45,248 nt of DNA. It comes from Octopus sinensis. Its lineage: Eukaryota. The stretch lies in contig NW_021834827.1 of NCBI RefSeq assembly GCF_006345805.1, positions 1-45,248 on the forward strand. Direction: 5' to 3'. Below the pieces are notes generated by a model, which had not been told where the DNA came from, made no database searches, and was given only the letters and a program-made list of their open reading frames with translations. Shown one piece after another: positions 44,620 through 45,248 of the stretch (position 1 is its first letter; each line of letters opens with the position of its first letter). The translations under genes were made by a program, and so were the position numbers.

Positions 44620-44932
44620 TGAAGGCATGTAGCATAGTGGTTAGAGTAGTCAGCTCATGATGATAAATTTGTGAGTTCAGTTCCCAGCCACTCATTGAGT
44701 CCTTGAGCAAGGCACTTCATTTTATATTGCTCCAGTCCACTCAGCTGGTATAAATAAGTTGTACTTGTAATACAAAGAGCCGGTTTTCTCATATTCTCTC
44801 TCTTCCTGAGAACTACTTAAAAGGTTCGTGAGTCTGTGGAGTACTCAGCCACTTGCATGTTAATTTCCCAAGCAGGCTGTTCCGTTGGTCGGAGCGACTG
44901 GAACACTTGTCATTGTAACCAACGGAATGCCA
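44620..44932 (+). mobile_element. Old SINE group B (body 1, tail 2)
   Basis: tagcatagtggttag head, gagttcagttcc, gtccttgagcaaggcact core, ctgtggagtactcagccacttgcatgttaatttc tail. Confidence 0.8.
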
Positions 44933-45248
44933 GTATATGTGTATACATACACATACACACACACATATATACGAGTAAAATGCTCCCCGTCCAATGGACG
45001 GTGCTGAGTTGTCAAACATTTAAACCAAATTTTCTCAAAACAACTTGTCCGACCGTCCCATTTTGTGGCATTATTTCAAGCCAGCCAGCTTTTTTTGCAC
45101 AAACTGCACATGCATTTTTCTTGCATATGCGTAGTATCAATCGCAACAGCTGATGTACTTGCGCATACAAATGCATGTTCCCACATGGCTTAGCAGAAGA
45201 CTGCACCAGGCTTTGCTGCCTGTTTTGGCATGGTTTTCTATGGATAGA

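Noticed and set aside
44980-45190. ICKKNACAVCAKK peptide and ccgtccaatggacgg palindrome suggesting a piggyBac cysteine-rich end
   Set aside because: Too short, with no TTAA-bounded TIR visible; cannot be supported without a search.

Overview
This is eukaryotic, AT-rich, repeat-saturated DNA. The repeat families and microsatellite load look like an octopus (coleoid cephalopod) genome, an inference from repeat recognition and not a database result. The only host coding feature I can support is one 192-nt phase-1/1 exon (13661-13852, +) encoding the N-terminal half of a fibronectin type III domain, so the window is probably mostly intron of a large cell-surface receptor or adhesion gene. The rest comprises three tRNA-headed SINE groups (labelled A, B, C here), RTE and CR1 LINE 3' ends, piggyBac-type, mariner and Helitron non-autonomous elements, Penelope-like (PLE) remnants and simple repeats. 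Nearly all listed ORFs are repeat artefacts. The most interesting observations are: (1) minimal hammerhead ribozyme motifs, one canonical (13082-13163, -) and three copies with a swapped G3-C8 core pair; (2) a conserved GCTAC..G|GT motif shared by otherwise divergent PLE-like ends; (3) a chain of short local templated insertions between 9.2 and 19.5 kb whose order can be read from filled and empty sites; (4) modular, multimeric SINEs bounded by target-site duplications (TSDs); (5) a MITE-derived tandem array 40 bp behind the exon; (6) three CR1 ends stacked in one site of an old RTE. Repeat boundaries were read by eye and are approximate (about 10-20 nt).
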